From IMG/VR virus record IMGVR_UViG_3300028766_000027, positions 1 to 29,138 of that record: DNA of 29,138 nucleotides, one strand, 5' to 3'. A program made the translations under genes and the position numbers. Within the stretch, counting starts at the first letter, position 1. Each line of letters starts with the position of its first letter. This document shows positions 14,479 to 23,864 of the stretch, piece after piece. This stretch comes from a virus (taxonomy: Duplodnaviria > Caudoviricetes). Below the pieces are notes generated by a model. That model saw only the letters and a program-made list of their open reading frames with translations, was not told the origin of the DNA and ran no database searches.

Positions 14479-16238
14479 TGCAGATCACTGATAAGAACGT
14501 AGGCCGCTACCTCGAATGGTGGCACGCAGAGCGGCACAAGGCGCGCATAGACCTCGTGTGGCTGTCGAATGTGGTTCTTGGGTACCCGGATGTGTCCGAG
14601 CGGGTGCATGGGCCGATTCTGGCGGCGTTGCAGAAGTTTCCGGGGGCGACTGAGTTCCATAAGACGGTGGACGATTACAGGGCTGCGATGGAGGGCAAGG
14701 TTCTATGGGAGCCAAAGTGCAAGATGGATTTGCTGCCACCGAACGAGGGGTTCGAGCAGAGCCGGGACAATCTGATTCTGTTTCCTCGCGGGCATATCAA
14801 GTCGACACTGGTTACGATCGCTCACAGCATCATGTGGATTTTGAATTACCCGAATGTCCGAATTCTCCTGACCACCGCAACAGAGACGCTGGTCACAAGC
14901 ATCATCATCGAGATTCGCAACCACTTCATTCTGAACGATCAGTTGCGGCTGCTTTTCCCTGAGTTGTGCCCGGTGGCGAAGGACGGGAAGGTGCCGGATT
15001 TGGGGAATTTGAGCGGGTTTACGTGTCCGGCGCGGGACAACAACAACAAGAAACTGGGTCCGGGCGGCAAGGAGCCGACTGTTCTTGCATCCACGGTGGG
15101 CTCGGCGATCACCGGGTATCACGGGGATGTGCAGAAGTCGGATGATCTGGTGGAGAAGATCAATTCGAGCTCGCAGAATGGGATTGATGAGGTAATCCGG
15201 CACGCGGGTTCGATGGGCGATCTGCTGGAGAAGTACAACACGGAGGATGTGGAGAAGCCGCTGAAGGGCTGGACGGACATGGTGGGCACTCCTTGGGATT
15301 TCTCGGATTTGTACCAGGTGCGGCGGAACGATCACGCGGCGCGGCGGACGAAGGGGCTTCCGGATGCGTTCAACTTGGTGGTGCGGAGTGCGGCTCCTAA
15401 TTGGCCAGAAGGACCCTTCCTGTGGCCCGAGCGGATGGGATATGCGGCGCTGAAGGAGATTGAGGACGATCCCATGAAGGGGCCGGCGCAATTGGCCGCC
15501 CAGTACCTGATGAATCCGATTGTGGCCGGCCAGGGGCTCATTGACGACGTGAAGCAGTTGATCTGGACGCCTGAAAAAGTGATGGATCAGCTTTTGCCGA
15601 GGATGAGCCTCTATGCTGCGCTCGACGTGGCAGGCATGGAAGACGTGAAGGGGCATGATTCGGACTTTACTGTGCTGACGGTGGGCGGGTTTGCCAATGC
15701 GCGGCTGTACGTGCCGTTCATGCTGTATGGGCGTCCGCCTGTTGAGGAGGTTATCGAATGGATTTTCAGGGTGTTCGACATGTTCCCCGGTATCGTGAAG
15801 TTGAAGATTCAAAAGCAAGCGCTCGAAAGAGTGTTGCTGGCATCCCTTCGGCGGGAGATGTCGAAGCGCGGGCGATTCCTGCCCATTCAAGCCGAACCTG
15901 CGGACAATCAGCAGTCCAAAAAGTCGAAAATTCGGGGACTTCGCCCCTGGTTTCAGGCGGGGAATATTCGTTTTTCAGATTCATTGCCGTATCGTACCGC
16001 GATCGAGACCGAAATCAAGGGCTTCCCGAAATACCGGCACGACGACTTCCTGGATACGCTGACAGATTTGATGCTGGAGGGCAAAGGCGTGAATTCCGGG
16101 GTGCTGTCGAGCCGAACCGAGGAATATAACGTCCCGAGCGCGCTTCGAGACCCGATTTCGCTGCTTTTGGCCGAGCATTATCAGGACGAGGACCAGTTTT
16201 ACCCAAAGGTGGACCATGACACAGGGTTCCCGGCGTGA
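14478..16238 (+). CDS. terL: Terminase large subunit
   Basis: LFPRGHIKST (Walker A variant), TGYHGD...DDLV, VGTPW..SDLY, ALDVAG..SDFT, FPKYRHDDFLD nuclease motif. Confidence 0.93.
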   Translation: MQITDKNVGRYLEWWHAERHKARIDLVWLSNVVLGYPDVSERVHGPILAALQKFPGATEFHKTVDDYRAAMEGKVLWEPKCKMDLLPPNEGFEQSRDNLILFPRGHIKSTLVTIAHSIMWILNYPNVRILLTTATETLVTSIIIEIRNHFILNDQLRLLFPELCPVAKDGKVPDLGNLSGFTCPARDNNNKKLGPGGKEPTVLASTVGSAITGYHGDVQKSDDLVEKINSSSQNGIDEVIRHAGSMGDLLEKYNTEDVEKPLKGWTDMVGTPWDFSDLYQVRRNDHAARRTKGLPDAFNLVVRSAAPNWPEGPFLWPERMGYAALKEIEDDPMKGPAQLAAQYLMNPIVAGQGLIDDVKQLIWTPEKVMDQLLPRMSLYAALDVAGMEDVKGHDSDFTVLTVGGFANARLYVPFMLYGRPPVEEVIEWIFRVFDMFPGIVKLKIQKQALERVLLASLRREMSKRGRFLPIQAEPADNQQSKKSKIRGLRPWFQAGNIRFSDSLPYRTAIETEIKGFPKYRHDDFLDTLTDLMLEGKGVNSGVLSSRTEEYNVPSALRDPISLLLAEHYQDEDQFYPKVDHDTGFPA

Positions 16239-16557
16239 TACCGTTTGGATTGAAGAGGTTTATCGAATGGTGATGGCGCATAGGAAAGGTCCCGCTCCTG
16301 CCCATACAGATGATGAATATTTGGCTTTCGATCCCGGTGCGGCCGACGACTTCCCCGCAGAGGTCGAAGCGCGAAAAACGAAGCTCGTCACGACCCGCAA
16401 GGAGCATACCTGTTTCGGCTGGAAGGGCGACATGCAACACCCAATTCCAGCAGGCACGAGAGCTTTTCGAGAATCAGGAAAATGTGAAGGCCACTTCGGT
16501 ACCTCCTATATGTGTCTTCCGTGCGTTGATATCTGCCTTGAACCTGAATGGTGGTAA
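16216..16557 (+). CDS. Cys-rich hypothetical protein
   Basis: RKEHTCFG...YMCLPC; fills the terL-portal gap. Start may be 16267. Confidence 0.6.
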   Translation: MTQGSRRDTVWIEEVYRMVMAHRKGPAPAHTDDEYLAFDPGAADDFPAEVEARKTKLVTTRKEHTCFGWKGDMQHPIPAGTRAFRESGKCEGHFGTSYMCLPCVDICLEPEWW

Positions 16558-16566
16558 AGTGAGCCA

Positions 16567-18705
16567 ATGGTCACTGTAGACGCGAATGCCCCGCCTCCGA
16601 TGGTCCCAAGTCCGGCATCGGACGCCAATTCTGCTCCCCCTCTTGGCGGGTATGAGCAGCGAACCAGCGAAGGCATCCCGATTGGCGGCGGCGAATGGTC
16701 GGCGGAGGAAGCCAAGCGCATCGTACTGGGCGACTTCAATCGCGCGGCGAGCGACCGAGCGACCAACTACGAGACCAAATGGCAGAATGCAGCAAGTATC
16801 TATGCGGCAGTGCGGAACGGCGAGAAATACTGGGACGGTTCACGGACTCCGCGCGCCAACATGCAAATCTGGCACGCATTTACGCAGGTCAACGCCCTAC
16901 GACCGCAGTTGATTGACGCGATCTGCGGGGCTGACCTTGATTTCGACGTGGAAGCGGCGTCAAGCGGTACGACCATCACCCAGTTGCACCAGGTCCGCGC
17001 TCTCATGCAGGATCAGTTGAAGTCTTTGGGAGGAATGGTAAAGTTCCAGAGCTTCCGCTCCTGTGTGGACCGAATGACGGAGGATGGCGTCGTTCTCGGC
17101 AATGGCATCTGGGAATGGGGATGGGACGGGCCGCGCACAGAGATGGCGATCAACTGGCAGCGCATGGTTGAGCCGGAAGTGGCAATGGGCGAGCATCCCA
17201 TGCTGCCGGGGGTCCAGATTCCCATGCACACCGGGCGCACGGTAAGCTATGCGAAGCAGTTTTATAAGCCGGAGACGGTAAGCCAGTTCTTTCTCGATCC
17301 GGTTGATTTGATGGACTTCTACATCGACCCGAATTGCCGGTCAACTAATCCCCAGCAGGCAGGTTTTACGATTCGCCGCAAGATGATGACCATTGCGGAA
17401 CTGGCCAGTTATCGCGGGCAGGATGGCTTCGATATCCCCCACGATGTGACGCTATATCGTCTCTCGCAGCAAAAGACTTTCACGGACGGCGACACCACCC
17501 GGCAGGCAATTCAGAGCTATCGAGGGGTCAATTATCAGCCCGGACAGGATCAGTCGGTTGATCCGAGACTGGCGCGGGTAGAAGTGCTGCGATATTGGCA
17601 GCGCGATCATCATGTCTGGCTGATTGGCCGCGAGCATGTGGCGAGAAACATGCCGAATCAGTATCAGGCGATGCCATTTCTCAACTGGTGCTATGTCAAC
17701 GCCCTGGGCAGCTTCTACGGATACTCGATCCCCGAATTGCTGGAATCTGGGCAGAAGCTCAAGAAAACGCTCATTGACGGCCGCCTGGACGAGTTGAACC
17801 TTATCCTGCACCCTCCATTCATCACCAAACTGGGCATGGCGCGGACGCAGAGCAAGATGAAATTGCGGCCAGGTGCGAACTGGGAAGCGGAAGACCCCAG
17901 CAAGGATGTGGTGCGGCTCGAAATGGGCAACGTCACCCAGCAGGCGTTTACGGAGGTGCAGATTGTCGAAAACAACGACCAGAAAGTTACCGGGATCACG
18001 GACCTCGCCGTTCTTGGTTCGCCTTCATCTGGCGGTAATTCTGCCAACCGAACAGCGACTGGCGTTCAGGCGCAGACTAATGCGAGCAATACGCGCGTTC
18101 ATGGCCTCGTGGCGAATATCGAGGATCAGACCTTAAGCCCAATGCTCACCCAACTCTGGCAGTTGATCTGTATGTTCATGGACCCCCAGCAGATTCTGAC
18201 GATCCTCGGACCCGATGGGCAGAACTTCCAGGTTGACCCAGTGGACATTCTCAATGCAGACCCCAAGTTCAAGCTCAAGACCGCGAACAACATGAAAATG
18301 CGGGCGGCGATGCAGGGCGGTGGCCTTCAGACTTTGACGCAGTACGTGCTCAACCCTGAAATCATCACCGCGATGGGCGAGCAGCAGCAGAAGACGCTCG
18401 ATATTGAGCAATTCACCGAGTTCTATCTGGATGTTTACAACGTGAAGGCGTTCAACCTTTTCCGGCCCATGACCCCGCAGGAGATGCAGGCCCAGCAGCA
18501 GCGCTCGCAACAGGCCGGCCAAGAGAAGATGGCGCTTCAGCAGCAGCGCCTTGGCGCCATGTCGCAAGATGCCCATGAGCGGGATGAAACGCAGATCATC
18601 GTGGCGACCTTGAACGCTCTGGCGCAGATCGGGGCGCTGAATGAAGTGCTGGGCATTGCGCGGGATGCGGAGATCAAGGCATCGCAGATTTTAGAAGGCC
18701 AATAA
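16567..18705 (+). CDS. Portal protein (P22-like podoviral type)
   Basis: 712 aa after terL. DFYIDP, FYGYSIPELL..Q, RTATGV motifs and Q-rich helical C-terminus. Confidence 0.9.
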   Translation: MVTVDANAPPPMVPSPASDANSAPPLGGYEQRTSEGIPIGGGEWSAEEAKRIVLGDFNRAASDRATNYETKWQNAASIYAAVRNGEKYWDGSRTPRANMQIWHAFTQVNALRPQLIDAICGADLDFDVEAASSGTTITQLHQVRALMQDQLKSLGGMVKFQSFRSCVDRMTEDGVVLGNGIWEWGWDGPRTEMAINWQRMVEPEVAMGEHPMLPGVQIPMHTGRTVSYAKQFYKPETVSQFFLDPVDLMDFYIDPNCRSTNPQQAGFTIRRKMMTIAELASYRGQDGFDIPHDVTLYRLSQQKTFTDGDTTRQAIQSYRGVNYQPGQDQSVDPRLARVEVLRYWQRDHHVWLIGREHVARNMPNQYQAMPFLNWCYVNALGSFYGYSIPELLESGQKLKKTLIDGRLDELNLILHPPFITKLGMARTQSKMKLRPGANWEAEDPSKDVVRLEMGNVTQQAFTEVQIVENNDQKVTGITDLAVLGSPSSGGNSANRTATGVQAQTNASNTRVHGLVANIEDQTLSPMLTQLWQLICMFMDPQQILTILGPDGQNFQVDPVDILNADPKFKLKTANNMKMRAAMQGGGLQTLTQYVLNPEIITAMGEQQQKTLDIEQFTEFYLDVYNVKAFNLFRPMTPQEMQAQQQRSQQAGQEKMALQQQRLGAMSQDAHERDETQIIVATLNALAQIGALNEVLGIARDAEIKASQILEGQ

Positions 18706-18718
18706 GGAGGAAACAAAA

Positions 18719-18907
18719 ATGGCATCGCCAATTCTCAAGTATTTCGCTTTCGACCACTTGCCCTCACATTTGCAGGAAGTATCAAAACCTATCGGAGAGA
18801 TGGCCGTCGCATTCGACACCACCCTTCCAGACGGAGCGGAGAAGTCTGCTGGACTTCGCAAACTGCTGGAGGCCAAGGATTGTTTCGTCCGTGCGAAGTT
18901 GGGATAA
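18719..18907 (+). CDS. Small helical-hairpin phage protein, possibly Acb2/Tad1-hairpin-like
   Basis: F.FDHLPSHLQEVSKP...LPDGAEKSAGLRKLLEAKDCFVRA; AAGGAGG RBS. Family link is recalled, not tested. Confidence 0.6.
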   Translation: MASPILKYFAFDHLPSHLQEVSKPIGEMAVAFDTTLPDGAEKSAGLRKLLEAKDCFVRAKLG

Positions 18908-18908
18908 A

Positions 18909-19211
18909 ATGCAGCCGGACGAAATGCAACTGGCCATCAGCTACGCCGACCTCGCCAATTCATTAGCCTTCCGCGATTTCCTGCAATTTCAGGCAGCGGA
19001 GTGCGAACGGCTGGAATTGGCGGCATTGAACGCCCCCGCTACTGACTTCGAGGCTTGTCGCTCGGCGATCATTGCCTGGCAGCAGCGGCGATTGGTAATC
19101 AAAACCCTTGAGCAGACCGTGATGGATTCGGCCTTTGCGCTAAAATCAGCAGAACTGGAGAATGAAGATGCCCGACCCGATCCAAGCAGAACCGACCGTT
19201 CCGGCTGGTAG
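18909..19211 (+). CDS. Post-portal head-module protein
   Basis: Helical protein between portal and scaffold. Start at 18909 is supported by the paralog at 10775. Confidence 0.8.
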   Translation: MQPDEMQLAISYADLANSLAFRDFLQFQAAECERLELAALNAPATDFEACRSAIIAWQQRRLVIKTLEQTVMDSAFALKSAELENEDARPDPSRTDRSGW

Positions 19212-19998
19212 CGGAGACGCAGATTTTGACGCAGCACTCTTAGAAGCTGGCGCACCCGCCGAACCTGAGCCCGTTGCTGACCCTCCCGCTGCCGACCCAG
19301 CGACTATGGACTCTCCGGCACCGGACCCCGACTTTACCTTCGCCACGCTCGAAAATGGGCAGCGCGAGATGCGCCTCGCTACCGGGCAGGTCTATCGCGG
19401 CAAGGACGATACCGAGCTATACGCGCAGCTTGCCAAGGCCCAGGTTGCCGCTTCCCGGCGCATCACCGAGCTTTCCCGAACTCCTGAACCCGTTGCGCCA
19501 GTGGCCCCGGTTGCCGCTCCCACCGTTGATCCAACAGCCCTCGCCATTGCCGACTTGATGGCCCCGGCGTTTGGCGTCAAGAATGGCGCAGAATTGGTGG
19601 CCGCATTTGCCAAACAACAGGAAACGGCGCAGGCTCAGCAGGAGTTCATGGCAGCGCAGCAAGCCAACTTCGAGGCAGCTAACTTCTTCCGCGCCGTGCC
19701 CGAGTTCTCGAAATCACAGGCCGATGCCGACAAAATTGACCAGTTCCTGCAATCGAATCAGCTTCCCTTCAATGCAAAGACGGCGGAAATGGCCTACTAC
19801 ACGCTCAAGGCCAAGGGCGAGATGAGTGTTGCTCTTGCTTCCCCGGCTCGCCCGGCCGCGCCCAGGAATGCGATGCCCCCGCCTCCCGCCGGGACTGCCC
19901 CCGCCAACACAGGGAAAGGTGCGCCAACTGAGACTGATCTCTGGGCAATGAGCGCCGATCAGTTGCAGGAATTGCTGACAGGGGGGAGCACGCAGTAA
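19168..19998 (+). CDS. Capsid scaffolding protein (putative)
   Basis: Acidic P/A-rich N-terminus, coiled coil, C-terminal DLWAMSADQL helix; directly before the capsid gene. GGAG RBS fits 19168. Confidence 0.75.
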   Translation: MPDPIQAEPTVPAGSGDADFDAALLEAGAPAEPEPVADPPAADPATMDSPAPDPDFTFATLENGQREMRLATGQVYRGKDDTELYAQLAKAQVAASRRITELSRTPEPVAPVAPVAAPTVDPTALAIADLMAPAFGVKNGAELVAAFAKQQETAQAQQEFMAAQQANFEAANFFRAVPEFSKSQADADKIDQFLQSNQLPFNAKTAEMAYYTLKAKGEMSVALASPARPAAPRNAMPPPPAGTAPANTGKGAPTETDLWAMSADQLQELLTGGSTQ

Positions 19999-20147
19999 AT
20001 AAAGTTTGCAGAATTGCGGGAATTGTGTTTATCTTTAGCACAGCGAAGTGAAGGCGACCCCGCCACCGAGCTAAGCACTCCGAGTGACCCCCGGAAGTGG
20101 ATTTGCGGTAAAACGCTGACCATCATTCCTCACCTCGGAGATATGCT

Positions 20148-21107
20148 ATGCCCGCAGTTCCCGTTGGAACAACTACGAACAATCCGGGCCTGTTGCATCA
20201 GGCATCCGCGATCTACTTCGTGAAAAAGGGACTTGACCGCCTCATGCCGGAGCTTTACTTCTGGCAACTCGGCTTCAAGGTTCCCCTGCCCCGCAATGTG
20301 GGGCGCACGATTCAGATGTTCCGCTTCAATCTCCCCGGCCAGAACACAGTACCGGCGGCAGAAGGCGTGAACCCCAACCCAGTGCCACAGTCCAGCTATC
20401 CGATTACCTCGATTGTCGAGCAATATTCGGATTACATGGACTCCTCCACCCTCTACGACGAGACGGACATCAACTCCATCGGTGCGGCTGCGCAGATGGT
20501 TGAGGATTTGTCCTTCCGCGCTGCGCTCTCGACCGATTCGATCACCCGCGCGGAGATTGATTCCAATACCGCCTACACCGTGCCGACCATCGGCGCGAAC
20601 CTCTCGGTTGCCGACTTCAAGGCGAACACGAGCCTGATGAAAGGCTCAAATGTGCGGCCCTACGGTTCGGGCGACTGGATGGCGGTCATTCATCCATACG
20701 TCGAATACGACATTATGTCGGACAACACGGCGGGCGGATTCATCGACTGCATGAAGTACCAGAACGGCATGAAGTTGCTGAATGGCGAGATCGGCAAGGT
20801 GGCCGGTTGCCGCATCATGTCTTCCACCAACGTCAACATCACAGGCACCGCCCCGAACCAGCTTTTCTCGGCGTATGTCTTCGGCTATCAGAGCTTCTGC
20901 GTGATTCCGCTGGCAGGCTCTGGCCCCTCGACCGTCACCGACCCCAAGAATCAGCGGTTTAAGGTTTCGGTGGTCAAGCCCGGAATCGGCCCCAGCAATC
21001 CAACCGGCGAAATCGGCACCATTGCAAGCTACCGCTTCGTGATGGCGTCCAAGATCACCGATCCTCAGCGTATGCGCATCATCACTTGCGATGCGAGCTT
21101 GGTCTAA
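20148..21107 (+). CDS. Major capsid protein (N4-gp56-like family)
   Basis: LP.NVGRTIQMFRF, EGVNP, VEQYSDY, AVIHPYVEYDI, NGEIGKVAGCRI. Confidence 0.9.
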   Translation: MPAVPVGTTTNNPGLLHQASAIYFVKKGLDRLMPELYFWQLGFKVPLPRNVGRTIQMFRFNLPGQNTVPAAEGVNPNPVPQSSYPITSIVEQYSDYMDSSTLYDETDINSIGAAAQMVEDLSFRAALSTDSITRAEIDSNTAYTVPTIGANLSVADFKANTSLMKGSNVRPYGSGDWMAVIHPYVEYDIMSDNTAGGFIDCMKYQNGMKLLNGEIGKVAGCRIMSSTNVNITGTAPNQLFSAYVFGYQSFCVIPLAGSGPSTVTDPKNQRFKVSVVKPGIGPSNPTGEIGTIASYRFVMASKITDPQRMRIITCDASLV

Positions 21108-21117
21108 AGGAGACCCT

Positions 21118-21789
21118 ATGGCAAACGGCAACAGTCCTTATATCGCAAAAGCCGCAGGGAATCTCGTCAACCCGACCTCGGGAACGCTTTTCCTTCAGGC
21201 TCCGTCGCCCATCGCTACCGTCGCGTCAACCCAAGTCCTGAAGGTGGCCTACGCCACTTATCGCGGCTATAACCAGACCGGCTCTGGCGTGTCGAATCAG
21301 ATCGACCTGGTGGAATTGATCGTTCGGGCGGCTGGCCGCGTGACCTACGGCGTGTCCGGCACCTTCATTCCGACGCTGGTTATCGGCGCGGTTGGGACGG
21401 GGCCGAACTTTCTCGCCGCCACTTCGACCAACAACGTCGGCGCGCTCAGTGCTGCCACGGCATCCGCCGCAGGTACGGGGATCTGGCAGATTGCGGCTAA
21501 TCTCTACTGGGACCCCAATACCGGCGTTATCTCGGGAACCATCTCCGGTTCGGAGACGACCCTCGTGGCGGGCTCGGCGGCGACGACCTTGACGGCATCG
21601 GCTGCGATCACCCCGCTGACCGGCTACCTGACCACGCAGGCGGTTTCAACCCAGTCCAATACCACGGTGGTGGCTATCCCGGCACCCACAGCGGAACTCG
21701 CCCTCTTCTTCGCGATTTCAGGTATTTTCAATACCAGCAACGCGAACAACGTCGCGATTCAGGACGTTCTACAGACCGAAGCGGTCTAG
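21118..21789 (+). CDS. Virion structural protein (decoration-like)
   Basis: T/A/G-rich beta protein after the capsid gene; AAGGAG RBS. Confidence 0.65.
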   Translation: MANGNSPYIAKAAGNLVNPTSGTLFLQAPSPIATVASTQVLKVAYATYRGYNQTGSGVSNQIDLVELIVRAAGRVTYGVSGTFIPTLVIGAVGTGPNFLAATSTNNVGALSAATASAAGTGIWQIAANLYWDPNTGVISGTISGSETTLVAGSAATTLTASAAITPLTGYLTTQAVSTQSNTTVVAIPAPTAELALFFAISGIFNTSNANNVAIQDVLQTEAV

Positions 21790-21798
21790 GAGTAATTC

Positions 21799-22257
21799 AT
21801 GCCAAGCGCAGGAATGATTCAACCCGGCTACACGAAGCTCACCAGCGGCACCGCCCTGGCGACCGGAAACACCGCATCTTTCGTGCTGCCCTATGCGGAC
21901 GCCTATCGCCTCTTGCTGGCCATTGGCACCGTGAGCGGCACTAACCCGACCTTTGACGCGGTTCTTCAGGACTCGCCCGACGGCGGCACCACCTGGGTCA
22001 ACCTGCCTTTGCGGTTCACGCAGGTTACGGCGACCGGCACCGCTGCAACCGATCCTTGGATTATCTTCAAGATGGTCTCGATTTCGGATGCGGCCTCGGC
22101 TGGCGTAACGGCTGCGACCGGAGGCGCGACCGCAACCAATACGCCCGTCAGCGTCAAGTTTGTGCGGCTGGCTTATACCGTTGGGGGCACTGCAACCCCG
22201 ACGATTCCGTTCACGCTCTACGCCAACACCATCAATCGCGGGCAGATTGGTTTATAA
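21799..22257 (+). CDS. Virion structural protein (beta-sandwich)
   Basis: VSGTNPTFDAVLQDSPDGGTTW...FVRLAYTVGG; AGGAG RBS. Confidence 0.7.
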   Translation: MPSAGMIQPGYTKLTSGTALATGNTASFVLPYADAYRLLLAIGTVSGTNPTFDAVLQDSPDGGTTWVNLPLRFTQVTATGTAATDPWIIFKMVSISDAASAGVTAATGGATATNTPVSVKFVRLAYTVGGTATPTIPFTLYANTINRGQIGL

Positions 22258-22269
22258 TTTTCTCCCGTA

Positions 22270-22306
22270 GCAAGCAAAGCGGCCTCTTTCGGGAGGCCGT
22301 TCTTGC
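22270..22306 (+). terminator. Hairpin/terminator after the head genes
   Basis: GCGGCCTCT-TTCG-GGAGGCCGT with short U tail; outer GCAAG/CTTGC pairing. Confidence 0.65.
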
Positions 22307-22320
22307 ATTAGGATAGTTGC

Positions 22321-22878
22321 ATGAGTTCACCGCAGGTAATCGACAGCGCGAAACTGGACCGGCAGATCGAACGCGCCATCCACGATAGCGAGATTGAGCG
22401 CCAAGCCGACGCCTTGCAGGATGCCGAATCCAAGCGCCTCGCCGCGGTTGAGGGCAAGGACGGCGGCGTTGATACGACGTCGGCGCAAGAGCAGTTGGGC
22501 CGACCGCTCACCCGCCAGCAGATCATCGACCGGCTCACCCGACTGAATCCGAATCTACGGTTCTTCCAGTCGATTAAATATCCCACCATCGGCGCGGTTT
22601 ACCACTACGACGGAGTGACGAATCTGGACGACTTGATCTATTCTGGCCTTCGTCACATCGTCGGGATGGAATGGACCGGGCTAAGCCCCGAATTCACGGT
22701 GCGCAAGGTAGCCGATGACAGGTTCGGCGTCAAGCGCATGGTTGGGCAGATTCGCGGGTGGCGGATGGTGCTCCAGCGGCTCATCAAAGAGCGGCTTATC
22801 ACCATCGAAGGCGCCGAGCGCGAGTTCGCCATTTCCAAGGGACGCGACTCGCAGCGGTGGTATGAAGTCCTGTCGTGA
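22321..22878 (+). CDS. Hypothetical virion-module protein
   Basis: AGGA RBS; ends in GWRMVLQRLIKERLIT..AEREF. Confidence 0.75.
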   Translation: MSSPQVIDSAKLDRQIERAIHDSEIERQADALQDAESKRLAAVEGKDGGVDTTSAQEQLGRPLTRQQIIDRLTRLNPNLRFFQSIKYPTIGAVYHYDGVTNLDDLIYSGLRHIVGMEWTGLSPEFTVRKVADDRFGVKRMVGQIRGWRMVLQRLIKERLITIEGAEREFAISKGRDSQRWYEVLS

Positions 22879-22903
22879 TACGATTTCGTTGAATGGAGTT
22901 CTC

Positions 22904-23500
22904 ATGGCATGGCCCAAAGGAAAATCGCGCAAGCCGCAGGAGGCATCAGTGCAAACCGAAGGACTCAATGAGCCAATTCTTGAAGCGGCTGTGACGCAGG
23001 CAGTTACCCCCTCGACCGGATCCAATGACCTCGTGGCTGCTTTTATCGCCGCCATGCAGCAGATGAGCGCCGAGAACCGCGAAACGACCCTCGCCGCCAT
23101 CCGGGAACTCAAGGCTCCATCTGCGGAAGATCAGGAGAAGGCCGACCGCGAGAAGCAGCAACTCATGGAGCAGACTCTGCGCCGGGTCGAAGCGGCCAAG
23201 GCGCAGGAGGCCGAGATTGCCGAGCGGCAGGAATCTTGCTCACACGCGATGCCCAATGGCCAGACGAATTTTCGCGGCCAGGTGCTCTCGAACGGCTGGG
23301 CGCATGTGTTTTGCTCGCACTGCCACAAGAGCTACGATTTCGAGGCTACCGACGTGGAAGCCAACAAGAGCGGCCTCAATGTCGATAAGTGGGGGCCGAG
23401 CGCGCACGCGATCATCCGCAACCGCGTTGCCGCTTCCCGCAACATCACCCCCCCGCCGGTGCCGCGTGTTCCGGCTGGCGCAACCATCATCTTTGGATAA
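22904..23500 (+). CDS. Coiled-coil protein with Cys/His motif
   Basis: GGAG RBS before ATG 22904; CSH...CSHCH. Confidence 0.7.
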   Translation: MAWPKGKSRKPQEASVQTEGLNEPILEAAVTQAVTPSTGSNDLVAAFIAAMQQMSAENRETTLAAIRELKAPSAEDQEKADREKQQLMEQTLRRVEAAKAQEAEIAERQESCSHAMPNGQTNFRGQVLSNGWAHVFCSHCHKSYDFEATDVEANKSGLNVDKWGPSAHAIIRNRVAASRNITPPPVPRVPAGATIIFG

Positions 23501-23510
23501 GGAGTTTCAA

Positions 23511-23864
23511 ATGAGCGATCCATCTGTTCCGCAGGGAGCACAACCCGTCGATGGTTTCTATGTGGAGAAGGCCACTGAAACCTATGGCCGCAACCACCAA
23601 ACCATTTATGTCCTTGACGGGAAATACTACATCAACGGATATGAATTCGCTCAGAAGCAGGACGCGGAGAACTACGCCTATTCAATGAATGGAGCGCTTC
23701 CTCCCGGTGCCGAGAAGCCCCTCACTCTTGAAGATAGATTCGATGCGGTTCTTCGCTGGCTGCGCGATATTCACGGCATTCACTTTCCTCCGCATCTCGC
23801 CCCGGCGCCGCTCCCATCTGAAGCGCCAAAGGAACCATTGCCGTCCATTTCGCCGAAGGAATAG
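23511..23864 (+). CDS. Hypothetical protein
   Basis: AAGGAG RBS before ATG 23511. Confidence 0.7.
   Translation: MSDPSVPQGAQPVDGFYVEKATETYGRNHQTIYVLDGKYYINGYEFAQKQDAENYAYSMNGALPPGAEKPLTLEDRFDAVLRWLRDIHGIHFPPHLAPAPLPSEAPKEPLPSISPKE

Noticed and set aside
14703-15890. 395-aa minus-strand ORF
   Set aside because: Antisense shadow of terL with biased H/R/Q composition and no motifs.
19999-20147. Structured RNA upstream of the capsid gene
   Set aside because: Only short stems seen; not distinguishable from chance without homologs.
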